The notes: generated by a model not told the origin, from the letters alone. Positions 1 through 13,542 are shown, counted from the stretch's first letter. The stretch is DNA of 64,000 nucleotides from an uncultured Deinococcaceae bacterium (GCA_964252075.1 CAXULY010000002.1:160001-224000); one strand, 5' to 3'. Made by a program: numbers and translations.

Positions 1-365
1 ACCGGCGCGTAGTTCCAGTTGATGCCGTGCTGCAGCAGGCCGCGCGCGGTGATGGCGCCGAGTTCCCGGCTGAGCGTAGCATCATTCACGGCGCCGATCG
101 CCATGGGCGCGGGGCTCTGCGGGGCGTCCAGCACGCGCAGCACCGCGCCGCCCTCCTGGTCGATGCCGATCAGGGCGTCCGCGCCGAGCACCGCGCGGAT
201 GTCCCGCACGAGGCGCTGGAGTTGCGGGCGGTCAACGACGTTGCGGCGGAACAGGCAGATGCCGCCGAAGCCGTGGCGTTCGAGGTGCGCGCGCCACACG
301 CCGTCGAGTTCGGGGCCGGGCAGGTCGGCGATCAGGCAGCGGTTCACGTCGGGTGAGGCGTTCAT
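1..365 (-). CDS. GH3 beta-N-acetylhexosaminidase (NagZ-like), 5' part; runs off the window
   Basis: Manual translation MNASPDVNRCLIADLPGPELD...GGICLFRRN...IGIDQEGGAVLR...GINWNYAP contains the GH3 DQEGG motif; SD GGAGGG upstream of the ATG at 365. Confidence 0.85.
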   Translation of the reverse strand, partial: MNASPDVNRCLIADLPGPELDGVWRAHLERHGFGGICLFRRNVVDRPQLQRLVRDIRAVLGADALIGIDQEGGAVLRVLDAPQSPAPMAIGAVNDATLSRELGAITARGLLQHGINWNYAP

Positions 366-489
366 CGTTCCCTCCTGAGCGGCGGGTGGGGGGTGCGGGC
401 GGGCGGCACGGCGCGGCGCAGGCGCGTCCGCTCACGCTGACGCGCCTGTGCGTTCGGTCCGGCGCGCCCGCGCGGCGGGCGGGGCGGGG

Positions 490-1383
490 TCACTTGACGG
501 CGCCCTCCAGGGCCCGCATGAAGTACCGCTGCGCGAACAGGAAGATCGCGAGGATGGGCAGCATCATGAAGAGGTTCCCGGCGGCGATGTTGAAGGGGTC
601 GTAGTTGAACTGCCCCTTGAGTTTCAGGACCGCCACGCTGAGCGGCGCGAGGTCCGGGTTGCCGCTCAGGATGATGTACGGCCAGAAGTAGCTGTTCCAG
701 CTCGTGACGAGCGTGAACACCGCGAGCGTCGCGATGGAGGGCCGGGCGAGCGGCACCATGATGTGCCACAGCGTCTGCAGTTCCGTCGCGCCGTCCAGGC
801 GGCCCGCCTCCAGCAGGCTCTCGGGGATGGTGAGGAAGGCCTGGCGCATCAGGAAGATGCCGAAGGCGCCCGCGACGGTGGGGAGCACGACGCCCGCGTA
901 AGTGCCCACGAGGTGCATCTTGTTCAGCGTCAGGACGTTCACGATGAAGGACGTCTCGGTGGGCAGCACCAGCGTCGCGATGATCAGGCCGAACAGAATG
1001 TTCTTGAGGGGGAAGTTGAAGCGCGCGAAGGGGTACGCGGCCATCACGGACACGATGACCGTGCCGATCACCGTGAGTCCGCTGATGATGACGCTGTTCA
1101 GCAGGTACTTCCCGAGGGAGAACTGCTGGAACACCTGCACGAAGTTGTTGAGGGTGAGGTGGCGCGGGAAGAGGCTGCCGGGGAAGTCGTAGATGCCGGT
1201 GCCGGTGAGGGCGGTCTTGTCCGTCACGGCGATCGCGAGGTTCCACAGGAGCGGGAACACCGCGAAGATCAGGATGACCGTGAGGAGCGCGTAGCGCACC
1301 GCGACGCGCACGGCCTTGCGGGTGCGGGTGGCGCTGCGGACGGTGCGGAGCCTGGGCGCGCGGGCGCGGGTCGTGACGTTCAC
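490..1383 (-). CDS. Carbohydrate ABC transporter permease (MalG-type)
   Basis: Six TM-like segments, EAA loop EAGRLDGA, overlaps the upstream permease. Confidence 0.93.
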   Translation of the reverse strand: MNVTTRARAPRLRTVRSATRTRKAVRVAVRYALLTVILIFAVFPLLWNLAIAVTDKTALTGTGIYDFPGSLFPRHLTLNNFVQVFQQFSLGKYLLNSVIISGLTVIGTVIVSVMAAYPFARFNFPLKNILFGLIIATLVLPTETSFIVNVLTLNKMHLVGTYAGVVLPTVAGAFGIFLMRQAFLTIPESLLEAGRLDGATELQTLWHIMVPLARPSIATLAVFTLVTSWNSYFWPYIILSGNPDLAPLSVAVLKLKGQFNYDPFNIAAGNLFMMLPILAIFLFAQRYFMRALEGAVK

Positions 1384-2276
1384 GAGGTGCGCTCACTGCC
1401 GAAGAAGCGGAAGTTCAGGATGGAGAGCAGTAGGGCCACCAGCGCGATCACGAGTCCGGCGGCGGACGCCACGCCGTAATCGAAGTTGAAGCCGAAGGAC
1501 TTGTTGTACACGTAGAAGAGGCCCGTGAAGGTGCTGTTGAGCGGCCCGCCATTCGTGAAGACCAGTGGTTCGTCCAGCACGCGCACGGCGGCGATGGTGG
1601 ACAGGATGGTGCACAGCAAGATGGTGGGGCGCATCATGGGGATGGTGATGCGCCAGAAGATCTGCCAGGGCGTCGCGCCGTCCAGGCGCGCGGCCTCGTC
1701 GAGTTCCTCGGGGATGGTCTGGAGGCCCGCGAGGTACAGCACCATGTAGTACCCGAAGCCGCGCCAGAAGGTGACGAGCATGATGGCGTAGAAGGCCGTG
1801 GCGGGGTTGTCCAGCCACCCGAAGGTGTGGTTGGGCTGCATGAGGTGCAGGCGCACGAGCACCCAGTTCAGGATGCCGTCCGCGTTGAAGATCCAGTTCC
1901 ACATGAGGGCCGCGGCGGAGATGGCGATCACGACGGGCACGTAGTACGCCGCGCGGAAGAAGCTGATGCCGGGCAGCGAGGCGTTCACGAGGACCGCCGC
2001 GACGAGCGCCCCCACCTGCAGGATCGGCACGACGATCAGGTACTTCAGGGAGTTCTGCATGGCCGTCCAGAACAGCGGATCGGCGAAGATCGTACGGAAG
2101 TTCTCCAGGCCGACGAAGCGCGGCGGGAGGCCCTGGCCGAAGCGCGCGCCCGTGAATTCTGTGAAGGCGAGGAACGCGCCGTACCCGAGCGGGTAGAAGG
2201 TGAAGACGGCCAGCAGCACCAGCGCTGGCGCGAGGAAAGCGTAGGAAACCAGGGTTTCCCGCAGCGTCAGTCTCAT
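1380..2276 (-). CDS. Carbohydrate ABC transporter permease (MalF/UgpA-type)
   Basis: EAARLDGA motif, FVGLENF motif, hydrophobic helices. Confidence 0.93.
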   Translation of the reverse strand: MRLTLRETLVSYAFLAPALVLLAVFTFYPLGYGAFLAFTEFTGARFGQGLPPRFVGLENFRTIFADPLFWTAMQNSLKYLIVVPILQVGALVAAVLVNASLPGISFFRAAYYVPVVIAISAAALMWNWIFNADGILNWVLVRLHLMQPNHTFGWLDNPATAFYAIMLVTFWRGFGYYMVLYLAGLQTIPEELDEAARLDGATPWQIFWRITIPMMRPTILLCTILSTIAAVRVLDEPLVFTNGGPLNSTFTGLFYVYNKSFGFNFDYGVASAAGLVIALVALLLSILNFRFFGSERTS

Positions 2277-2293
2277 GCAGGCCTCCCGGTGAG

Positions 2294-2328
2294 GTGGGGG
2301 CGGTGACCGCGCGCGGTCACCGCCCCCC
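2294..2328. terminator. GC-rich intercistronic hairpin between the SBP and permease genes (stabiliser/attenuator)
   Basis: GGGGGCGGTGACCGCG / CGCGGTCACCGCCCCC inverted repeat. Confidence 0.55.
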
Positions 2329-2334
2329 AGTCAG

Positions 2335-3588
2335 TTACTTGGCGTTGCTGTTCCAGAAGGTGACGGCGTCGTTCAGGGCCTGCTGCGCGGTCTTCTGGCC
2401 GAGGACGGCGGCCTCGATGTTGTCGTTAAAGTTCTTGTACAGGTCATCGGCGTTCTTCGGGACGGAGTACCCGGGGTTGATGTGGTCGCCGTTCGCGCCG
2501 GTGAGCGCCGTGGCCTTCGCGACGGGGTCCTTGCTGGTCGTGCGGAACAGCGCGTTCGTCTTCGCGGCGCGCGTGGTGGGCACGATCGGCACGACCTTCG
2601 CGAACGCCACCTGGTTGGCGTTGTTCGTGACGAAACTCGCGAACTTCGCGGCTTCCTGCGGGGTCTTGCAGGCGTTGGAGAGCACGAGGTCCATGCCGCC
2701 GCCCGTCTCGACGCGCGCCGCACCGAGCGGCGCGGCCGCCACCTGCAGGGAGTTGTACAGGCTGGGGTTGTTGTCCTTGATGCGGGTGAGGGCCTGCGGG
2801 CCACCGATGATGTACGCGAGTTTGCCCTGCGCGAAGAGTTCCGTGGCGATCTGGAAGGCCTCGCGGCGGATGGCGTCCTGCGGGGAGTACCCGCCCTTGT
2901 AGTAATCCACGTACTGCTGCAGGAGCTTGGCGTGCGCGGCGGAATTGAAGTTCGCCTTGCCGTCCGCGCCCGTCACGGACAGGCCCTCCTGGTAGAAGGT
3001 CCCGAGGAACGACGCGGTGTTCGGGTCCTTGTACGCGGGGACGTACCCGTACGCGCCGGTCTTGTCCTTGATGGTCTTCGAGAACGAGATCAGTTCGTTG
3101 AAGTCGCGCGGGATGCGCGTGATGCCGGCCTTCTGCGTGAGGGCGGGGTTCACGATCAGCACGCCCTGGTTCAGCCAGCCGTACCACGGGAAGCCGTAGG
3201 GCTTGCCGTTCACGCTGAAGTTCTTGATGGTGTTCGGGTAGTACTGGTCGAGGACCGCTTTGCTCGCGACGGTGTCGAGGGGACGCAGGTAGCCGTTCTG
3301 CGCGGCCTTGCTGGTCTCGTCGATGTTCATGTTCACGACGCACGGGGCGTTCCCGAGGTTCACGGCCGCGATGAAGTCCTGCGCCATGGAGTCCTGCTTG
3401 TCGAACCAGCGGACCGTGATGTTCGGGTTCTGCTTCTCGAAGGCCGCAATGGTGGACTTCATGTAGTCGTCGAACTTCGGGCTGATGTACCACGACCAGA
3501 AGGTCACCTCGACGGGCTTCTGCTGCGCGAATGCCACGCCGGTGCCGAGCATGCCGAGGGCCAGGGTGAGCTTCATCAGGTGCTTCAT
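2335..3588 (-). CDS. Sugar ABC transporter substrate-binding protein
   Basis: Sec signal peptide MKHLMKLTLALGMLGTGVAFA, VTFWSW, YGFPWY; followed by permeases. Confidence 0.92.
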   Translation of the reverse strand: MKHLMKLTLALGMLGTGVAFAQQKPVEVTFWSWYISPKFDDYMKSTIAAFEKQNPNITVRWFDKQDSMAQDFIAAVNLGNAPCVVNMNIDETSKAAQNGYLRPLDTVASKAVLDQYYPNTIKNFSVNGKPYGFPWYGWLNQGVLIVNPALTQKAGITRIPRDFNELISFSKTIKDKTGAYGYVPAYKDPNTASFLGTFYQEGLSVTGADGKANFNSAAHAKLLQQYVDYYKGGYSPQDAIRREAFQIATELFAQGKLAYIIGGPQALTRIKDNNPSLYNSLQVAAAPLGAARVETGGGMDLVLSNACKTPQEAAKFASFVTNNANQVAFAKVVPIVPTTRAAKTNALFRTTSKDPVAKATALTGANGDHINPGYSVPKNADDLYKNFNDNIEAAVLGQKTAQQALNDAVTFWNSNAK

Positions 3589-3603
3589 AACTTCCTCCGT
3601 GCT

Positions 3604-4464
3604 TCAGTACTTCTTTTCCACGACCGATTCAGCGGTCTTGCGGATGGATTGAGCGGCCTGCGGGAGGGCGTGCGCGAGCGTGATGTACAGCACTTCCGCC
3701 ACCAGGATCTGGCTGCTGAGGCTGGAGAGCGCGCCGCCCGCCATAGGCCCTTCGGGGCTCGCGTGGTAGAGCACCTCGCGGGCGTACTGCGTGACGGGTG
3801 AACTGGCGCGGTTCGTGATGGCGACCGTGAAGACGCCGTTCTCGTGGGCGATCTTGAGGTTCTGGATGGTGTCGATGGTGCTGCCCGAGCGCGTGATGCC
3901 GATCATGACGCCGCCGGGCGGCAGGGTCGCGGCGGACACGGCCGCGATGTGCGGGTCGGCGTGCGCGATGGCGCCGAAACCGAGGCGCGTGAGTTTGTGC
4001 GCGAGGAACTGCGCGGCGAAGCTGCTGTTGCCCTGCCCGGTGATGTCCACGCGGGGCGCGCGCATGAGGGCGTGCGCGACGCGTTCGACGGTCTCGGTGT
4101 TCACGATGCGCCGCGTTTCCTCGATGGCGGCGGTGGCCTGCCGGGCGGCCTGCGTGGCGAAGTCGTCCACGCCGTCGCCGGTGTCGATGTCGCTGCTGGC
4201 GCTGTTGGCGATGTCGGTGGCCAGCGCGATCTTGAAGGCGTGGAAGCCGGAGTACTGGAGTTTGTGGCACAGCCGCGTGACGCTGGCTTCGCCGACGCCC
4301 ACGCTGTCCGCGAGTTCGGTGATGGTCTGGTAGATGACCTTGTCGCTGTGCTGGAGGATGTACTGGGTGACGCGTTTGAGGCTGGGGGTCAGGAAGTCCT
4401 GGCTGGCGCGCAGGCGTCCGACGGCGCCGTTCGGCAGGCTGGTTTCCGTTGCGGATTGGTACAC
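3604..4464 (-). CDS. MurR/RpiR family transcriptional regulator (HTH + SIS)
   Basis: TITELADSVGVGEASVTRLCHKLQYSGFHAFK HTH; SIS motifs GQGNS, ITRSGST. Confidence 0.93.
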   Translation of the reverse strand: MYQSATETSLPNGAVGRLRASQDFLTPSLKRVTQYILQHSDKVIYQTITELADSVGVGEASVTRLCHKLQYSGFHAFKIALATDIANSASSDIDTGDGVDDFATQAARQATAAIEETRRIVNTETVERVAHALMRAPRVDITGQGNSSFAAQFLAHKLTRLGFGAIAHADPHIAAVSAATLPPGGVMIGITRSGSTIDTIQNLKIAHENGVFTVAITNRASSPVTQYAREVLYHASPEGPMAGGALSSLSSQILVAEVLYITLAHALPQAAQSIRKTAESVVEKKY

Positions 4465-4780
4465 GGTGTGACCTCATGGGCAACAGGGAGCCATGAACAG
4501 GGTGTGCTGTCCGCCGGTGTTGACCTGGTTGCGTGGCCCAAGCATAGGGACGGAGGGTAATTTTTGTCAACATTTGATCAAGCGGGTATTATTTTCAGAA
4601 CACGCCAGGAGGACCTCACGCTGGGTCCGTTTGTGATGACCGAGCTTCTGAGGGCGTTCGGAGGTAGAACGCCTCCATAGAGTGGCGGAGACCTCGAAGG
4701 CCAGGAAGGTTCAGACCTCCATAGAAACACCGATCGGATGACGCGCCCACCGGTAATCGTCTTCAGGCCCTGACGGCTGG

Positions 4781-4809
4781 TTGACAATAAATTTCACGAA
4801 TGTTAGGCT
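4781..4809 (+). promoter_or_regulatory. Sigma70 promoter of the second ABC operon
   Basis: TTGACA (4781-4786), 17-nt spacer, TGnTAGGCT extended -10 (4801-4809). Confidence 0.7.
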
Positions 4810-5001
4810 GGCGCAACCGAATTCTCATTCATCGTGAATCGCTGTTCAAGTCCTGGGCCCAGCGCCCACAGCACACGTACCGACGCCCGGCCCTCTCCCC
4901 TCCTGAACCCGGCCCACACCACCCGCCGCGGGCCCCAGGCCCCCAGCAACCCCGCGCGCCGCAGCACCACACCTGTGGCGACGCACGAAAGGACAGGGAG
5001 C

Positions 5002-6270
5002 ATGAAACTGACACGCTGGACGGCAGGCATGTGCATGATCGCGGCCCTCGCACTCGGACAGGCGCACGCGCAGAAGACGCAGCTCACCATCGAGAGCTGG
5101 CGCAACGACGACCTCAAGATCTGGCGGGACAGCATCATCCCCGCCTTCGAGAAGCAGCACCCGGACATCCACGTGGTGTTCTCCCCCACCGCCCCCACCG
5201 AGTACAACGCGGTCGTGGAGGCCAAGCTGAAGGGCGGAACGGCGGGCGACATCATCGCGTGCCGCCCCTTCGACGCGAGCCTCGCGCTGTACAAGAACAA
5301 GTACCTCACGTCCCTGAACGGCCTGCCGGGCCTCAAGAACTTCAGCACCGTCGCGAAAGTCGCGTGGAGCACCGACGACGGCAAGACCACCTTCTGCGTC
5401 CCGACCGCCGCCGTCATTCACGGCTTCCTGTACAACAAGGACGTCTTCAAGGAACTCGGCCTGACCGTCCCCAAGACCGAGAAGGACTTCCTGGCGGTGC
5501 TCGACAAGATCAAGGCCAGCCAGAAGTACTCGCCGCTCGTGATGGGCACCAAGGACCAGTGGGAGTCCGCCACCATGGGCTACCAGAACATCGGGCCGAC
5601 CCTCTGGCAGGGCGAGAAGGGCCGCGTGGGGCTCGTTAAGGGCACCGCGCAGTACAACAAGGGCGGCTTCCTGCAGGCCTTCCAGGCCCTCGCGAAGTGG
5701 TCCCCGTACCTCCCGGACGGCTACCAGGCGCTCGCGTACCCGGACGCGCAGAACCTCTTCGCGCAGGGCCGCGGCGCGATCTACCCGGCGGGCTCGTGGG
5801 ACATCGCGACCTTCCGCGGCATGAACGCCAAGCTGAACCTCGGGGCCTTCCCGCCGTACACCTTCGCGTCCGCGCAGAAGTGCGTCATTGACGACCACCC
5901 GGACATCGGCTTCGGCCTGAACGCCGCCAGCAAGCACCAGGCGGCCGCCCGCACCTTCCTCGACTGGATGGCGGGACCGGACTTCGCCAAGCTGTATGCG
6001 AACGCCCTGCCGGGCTTCTACCCGCTCGCGAACGTGTCGTACAAGGTCAATGACCCCATCGCGCAGCAGTTCCTCGACTGGCGCAAGACCTGCAGCAAGT
6101 CCTTCCGGTCGTCGTACCAGATGCTGTCCCGCAACGCCAACCCGAACAACGAGAACGACCTGTGGAACGCCTCCTCGCAGCTCCTGAACGGCAAGATGAC
6201 GCCGCAGCAGGCCGCGGATTTCGTGCAGAAGAACCTCGCGTCCTGGTACGCGCCGCAGAAAGGCAAGTGA
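5002..6270 (+). CDS. Sugar ABC transporter substrate-binding protein
   Basis: SD AGGGAG then ATG at 5002; signal peptide ending AHA; LTIESWRNDD; SBP family 1 pattern. Confidence 0.92.
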   Translation: MKLTRWTAGMCMIAALALGQAHAQKTQLTIESWRNDDLKIWRDSIIPAFEKQHPDIHVVFSPTAPTEYNAVVEAKLKGGTAGDIIACRPFDASLALYKNKYLTSLNGLPGLKNFSTVAKVAWSTDDGKTTFCVPTAAVIHGFLYNKDVFKELGLTVPKTEKDFLAVLDKIKASQKYSPLVMGTKDQWESATMGYQNIGPTLWQGEKGRVGLVKGTAQYNKGGFLQAFQALAKWSPYLPDGYQALAYPDAQNLFAQGRGAIYPAGSWDIATFRGMNAKLNLGAFPPYTFASAQKCVIDDHPDIGFGLNAASKHQAAARTFLDWMAGPDFAKLYANALPGFYPLANVSYKVNDPIAQQFLDWRKTCSKSFRSSYQMLSRNANPNNENDLWNASSQLLNGKMTPQQAADFVQKNLASWYAPQKGK

Positions 6271-6308
6271 GCGTGCGGGGGGGCGTGGCCCCTCCGCGCG
6301 CCCCGCGC

Positions 6309-7217
6309 ATGACGAAGCGTTTCCCCACGCACATCGTGGTGTTCCTGGCGCCCGCGGTGGCCATCTACACGCTGTTCATGATTTACCCGCTGTTCAGTTC
6401 GCTGTGGATGTCCCTGAACGCCGCCACGCCGTCCGGCGGAAGTGCGTTCGTGGGCCTCGCGAACTACGCGCGGCTCTTCAGCGCGCCGGAGTTCTCCGGC
6501 GCGCTGTGGAACGCCCTGAAGAACAACGTCATCTTCTTCGTGATCCACATGATCGCGCAGAACCCCATCGGCCTGCTGCTCGCGGCACTCCTGGCGCGCA
6601 AGCTGGCGGGCACGCCCGTGTACCGCGCGATCATCTTCACGCCCACCATCCTGTCCGTGGTGATCATCGGCTTCGCGTGGAAGCTCATCCTGAACCCCGC
6701 CTGGGGCATCGCGCCGGACCTGCTGCGCGCCGTGCACCTGGGCGGGCTGTACCACCCGTGGCTGGGCCTGGAGGGCACGTCCCTCGTGACGCTCGCGCTG
6801 ATCTCGGTGTGGCAGAACATCGGGATTCCCATGATGCTGTTCACGGCGGCGCTGCTGCGCATCCCCACCGAGCTGTTCGAGGCGGCCCGCGCGGACGGCG
6901 CGAGCGCTTGGACGATCTTCTGGCGCATTCAGTTCCCACTGATCCTCCCCACCGTGGGTATCGTGTCCGTGCTGACCTTCGTGGGAAACTTCAACGCCTT
7001 CGACCTCATTTACGCCACGCAGGGCGCGCTCGCCGGGCCGAACTTCGCGAGTGACATCATGGGGACGTTCTTCTACCGCACCTTCTTCGGGTACCAGCTG
7101 CAGCCCGGCGATCCCTTCATGGGGTCCGCCGTGGCGGGCGTCATGCTGCTGGTGATCCTGCTGGGCGTGCTGCTGTTCGCCCTATGGCAGCGGCGCGTCG
7201 AGGAGCTGCAGTACTGA
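6309..7217 (+). CDS. Carbohydrate ABC transporter permease
   Basis: FVGLANY, EAARADGA; start could be the GTG at 6267. Confidence 0.92.
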   Translation: MTKRFPTHIVVFLAPAVAIYTLFMIYPLFSSLWMSLNAATPSGGSAFVGLANYARLFSAPEFSGALWNALKNNVIFFVIHMIAQNPIGLLLAALLARKLAGTPVYRAIIFTPTILSVVIIGFAWKLILNPAWGIAPDLLRAVHLGGLYHPWLGLEGTSLVTLALISVWQNIGIPMMLFTAALLRIPTELFEAARADGASAWTIFWRIQFPLILPTVGIVSVLTFVGNFNAFDLIYATQGALAGPNFASDIMGTFFYRTFFGYQLQPGDPFMGSAVAGVMLLVILLGVLLFALWQRRVEELQY

Positions 7218-8107
7218 TGAGGGAGGAGCCACGCATGCACCACAGCCCCACCGCTCCGGTCGTGCGTTCGCGCGCCGGAGCGCGCCGTCCATGGGCGGCG
7301 CTGCTCGCCAGCCACCTGTTCCTGATCCTGTACTGCGCGCTGGCGCTGTTCCCCATCGTGCTGATGATCCTGAACTCCTTCAAGTCGCAGCTCGCGATTT
7401 TCGGCGCGCCGTTCGCGCTGCCGAACGCGGAGTCCTTCTCACTTGAGGGCTACCGCACGCTGATGGAGGGCGCGAACTTCGGGCGGTACGCGCTGAACAG
7501 CGTGACCGTCACGGTCGCGTCCCTCGCCCTGATCCTCGTGACGGGTTCCATGGCGGCCTTCGCGCTCTCCGAGTACCGGTTCCGCCTGAACACCTTCCTG
7601 AGCCTGTACCTGTCTCTGGGCATCATGGTGCCCATCCGCCTGGGCACCGTGGGCATCCTGAGCCTCGCGGTGCACCTGCACCTCGTGAACACCCTGTGGG
7701 CGCTGATCTTCGTGTACACCGCGCAGGGCCTGCCGCTCGCGGTGTTCGTGCTGACGTCCTTCATGCGGCAGCTGCCGCGCGACCTGAAGGAAGCGGCGCG
7801 GCTGGACGGCGCGAGCGAGTACCGCATTTACGGCCTCACGCTGCCGCTCATCCGGCCCGCCATCGGGGCGGTCATGGCGATCTCCCTGATTCCCGTGTGG
7901 AACGACCTGTGGTTCCCGCTGATCCTCGCGCCGGGCGAGCAGACGAAAACCATCGTGCTGGGCGCGAGCGTGTTCTTGGGGCAGTACGTGAACGACTACA
8001 CGGCGGTCCTCGCGGCGCTCACGCTCGCGATTCTGCCCGCGGTGGTGCTGTACGCGCTGTTCTCCCGGCAGCTGATCAGCGGCCTGACGGAAGGCGCGAT
8101 CAAGTGA
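7217..8107 (+). CDS. Carbohydrate ABC transporter permease
   Basis: EAARLDGA, WNDLWFPLI, C-terminal GLTEGAIK; TGATG overlap with the upstream gene. Confidence 0.92.
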   Translation: MREEPRMHHSPTAPVVRSRAGARRPWAALLASHLFLILYCALALFPIVLMILNSFKSQLAIFGAPFALPNAESFSLEGYRTLMEGANFGRYALNSVTVTVASLALILVTGSMAAFALSEYRFRLNTFLSLYLSLGIMVPIRLGTVGILSLAVHLHLVNTLWALIFVYTAQGLPLAVFVLTSFMRQLPRDLKEAARLDGASEYRIYGLTLPLIRPAIGAVMAISLIPVWNDLWFPLILAPGEQTKTIVLGASVFLGQYVNDYTAVLAALTLAILPAVVLYALFSRQLISGLTEGAIK

Positions 8108-8114
8108 GGGGCCC

Positions 8115-9083
8115 GTGCGCGTCGGCGTGATCGGCACGGGGCACATGGGGGGCGTGCACGTGCGCGCATGGCGGGCCCTGGGCGTGGAGGTGAGCGTGTT
8201 CAGCCGCGACGCGGGGCGCGCCGCAGCGCTCGCGGAGCCGCACGGCGCGCGCGCCTTCACGGACCTGGACGCGCTGCTCGCGCACGTGGAGGTCGCGGAT
8301 GTGTGCCTCCCGACCTTCCTGCACCGCGAGGTGGTGGAGCGCGCCGCGCGCGCGGGCCGCCACGTGGTGTGCGAGAAGCCCCTGGCCCTCACGGAGCAGG
8401 ACGGCGAGGCGATGATCGAGGCGTGCCGCGCGGCGGGCGTGCGGCTGTTCGTGGCGATGGTGCTGCGCTTCTTCCCGCAGTACCGAGCGGCGCGCGAGGT
8501 GGTGCGCTCAGGCGGCATCGGTGCGCCCACCGTGCTGCGCCTGCGGCGCATCGGTTCACCCCCGGCGGGCGGCACGTCGTGGTTCGCGCAGGAGGCGCAG
8601 TCGGGCGGCGTGATCCTCGACCTGATGCTGCACGACATCGATTACGCGCGCTGGCTGGCGGGCGACGTGACGCGCGTGTACGCGCGTCTGAACGCCGTGG
8701 GCGCCCGGCAGTACGCGCAGGCGGTCCTCACGCACGCGTCAGGCGCCACGAGCCTGCTGGAGTCCGGCTGGGCGAACCCGGACGGGGTGTTCCGCACCGC
8801 GCTGGACCTTGCGGGCGACGCGGGCGTCATCGAGTGGAGTTCGGACGCGCCGCCGCCCGTGCGCGCCCTGCACCGCGAGGGACGCGCGCCCATCCCGGAG
8901 CCCGGCCCGCCCTCACCGGACGACCCGTACGTTCAGCAGTTGCGGCACGTGCTGGACGCCCTGCAGTCCGGCGCGCCCTTCGAGGTCACGCCCGAGGACG
9001 CGCTCGCTTCCCTGCGCGTGGCGATCGCGGCGCGGGACGCCGCGCGCTCGGGCCGCGCCGTCACGCTGGAGGCGCGCGCGTGA
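8115..9083 (+). CDS. Gfo/Idh/MocA family oxidoreductase
   Basis: GVIGTGHMG Rossmann motif, CEKPLA, GGVILDLMLHDID. Confidence 0.92.
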   Translation: MRVGVIGTGHMGGVHVRAWRALGVEVSVFSRDAGRAAALAEPHGARAFTDLDALLAHVEVADVCLPTFLHREVVERAARAGRHVVCEKPLALTEQDGEAMIEACRAAGVRLFVAMVLRFFPQYRAAREVVRSGGIGAPTVLRLRRIGSPPAGGTSWFAQEAQSGGVILDLMLHDIDYARWLAGDVTRVYARLNAVGARQYAQAVLTHASGATSLLESGWANPDGVFRTALDLAGDAGVIEWSSDAPPPVRALHREGRAPIPEPGPPSPDDPYVQQLRHVLDALQSGAPFEVTPEDALASLRVAIAARDAARSGRAVTLEARA

Positions 9084-10051
9084 GGGTCGGGATGGTGGGG
9101 GTCGCGCACGTGCACGCACAGCCGTACGTGGAGTTGCTGCGCGAACTTCCGGAAGCGGAACTGGTGGGGTGGTGGGACGACGGCGAGGAGGCCGTGACGG
9201 GCGCCCCGCGTGTCGCGGCGCTGGAGGCGCTGCTGGCCCAGGTGGACGCGGTCATCGTGTGCTCCGAGACGTCGCGTCACCGGGCGCTCGTGGAGGCCAG
9301 CGCGCGCGCGGGCGTGCACGTGCTGTGCGAGAAGCCCGTCGCGCCGACACTGCCGGACGCCGAGGCGATGCGCGCGGCGTGCGCGGAAGCCGGCGTGACC
9401 TTCATGACGGCCTTCCCCATGCGCTTCGACGCGGCGGTCATGGACGCGCGGCGGCGCCTGCAGCGCGCGGAGTTGGGTGCGGTGCTGGGCGTGAACGGCG
9501 TGAACCACAGCGAGAACCCCGGCGCGCACCGCGCGTGGTTCACGGACCCCGTGCGCGCCGGTGGGGGCGCCGTGATGGATCACGTAGTGCACCTCGCGGA
9601 CGTGCTGCGCTGGAGCTTCGCGTGCGAGGTCGCGGAGGTGTACGCGGACGTGCGCTGGACGCCCGGGCCGTTCGGGCCCATTGACACGGCGGGCGTGCTG
9701 CTGCTCACGCTGGAGAACGGCGTGCAGGCCAGCATCGACTGCAGCTGGAGCCGCCCCGCCACGTACCCGCGCTGGGGGCACCTGCGCTTCGAGGTGATCG
9801 GGGAGGACGGCCTGCTGATGGTGGACGCCTTCGCGCAGCACCTCACGGTGCACGCGCCCGGCGCGGCGCGCGCGGTGGCGTGGCAGGGCTTCAGCGCGGA
9901 CCCGAACCGCGCGATGCTGCGCGCGTTCCTGAGCGCCGCGCGGGAGGGCGCGCCGCCCCCCGTCACGTGGCTGGACGGCGCGGAGGCGCTGCGCGTGGCG
10001 CTCGCGGCGTACGACTCGGCGCGCGCCGGTCAACCCGTCCGCCTGCGCTGA
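9080..10051 (+). CDS. Gfo/Idh/MocA family oxidoreductase (second paralog)
   Basis: GTG at 9080 overlaps the previous stop; CEKPVA, GGGAVMDHVVHLAD. Confidence 0.9.
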   Translation: MRVGMVGVAHVHAQPYVELLRELPEAELVGWWDDGEEAVTGAPRVAALEALLAQVDAVIVCSETSRHRALVEASARAGVHVLCEKPVAPTLPDAEAMRAACAEAGVTFMTAFPMRFDAAVMDARRRLQRAELGAVLGVNGVNHSENPGAHRAWFTDPVRAGGGAVMDHVVHLADVLRWSFACEVAEVYADVRWTPGPFGPIDTAGVLLLTLENGVQASIDCSWSRPATYPRWGHLRFEVIGEDGLLMVDAFAQHLTVHAPGAARAVAWQGFSADPNRAMLRAFLSAAREGAPPPVTWLDGAEALRVALAAYDSARAGQPVRLR

Positions 10052-10068
10052 AGGGCGGACGGGTTGCG

Positions 10069-10338
10069 TCAGTCCGTGGGGTCGGGCGCGTCGCCGTCCG
10101 GGGTGGTCGTACGGTTGTAGGTGGCGCGGGCGTCCCCGGGCGTGAGGCTGCCGCCGTCCGTGGGTTCCGTGCCGGTACTGTACGCGCCGCCCACGTGCTG
10201 GTCCTGCGCTTCGGGCGGGCGCGTGCCGCCGCGCAGGTGCGTCATGTCACTCCCGAAGGGGCCGTTGCCCTCGTCGCGGTGCTCGTTGACCGCCTCCTGG
10301 TCCGGGGGTTGCGGGGTGGGGTTCGGGGCGTCGGGCAT
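10069..10338 (-). CDS. Small acidic Pro/Gly/Asp-rich hypothetical protein (89 aa)
   Basis: Strong SD AGGAGG before the ATG at 10338; fills the gap between two genes. Confidence 0.6.
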   Translation of the reverse strand: MPDAPNPTPQPPDQEAVNEHRDEGNGPFGSDMTHLRGGTRPPEAQDQHVGGAYSTGTEPTDGGSLTPGDARATYNRTTTPDGDAPDPTD

Positions 10339-10533
10339 GGGGCCTCCTGTCTGCCCCGACTGTACGCGGCGGCACAGTGAGGGCGGGCGAGGCGAGCCGC
10401 GCTGGCCTTCAGCGTCCCGACAGTGGGCCTTAAGGGCTTCTTGAGGCAGGGCGCGCACGGGTACGGTGCCTGACGCGCCGCGCATTAGGCTTGGGCCAGC
10501 GCGCCGCACGGCGGCGCCGGGGGGTGCGCACAG

Positions 10534-13541
<3,008 letters not shown>

Positions 13542-13542
<1 letters not shown>

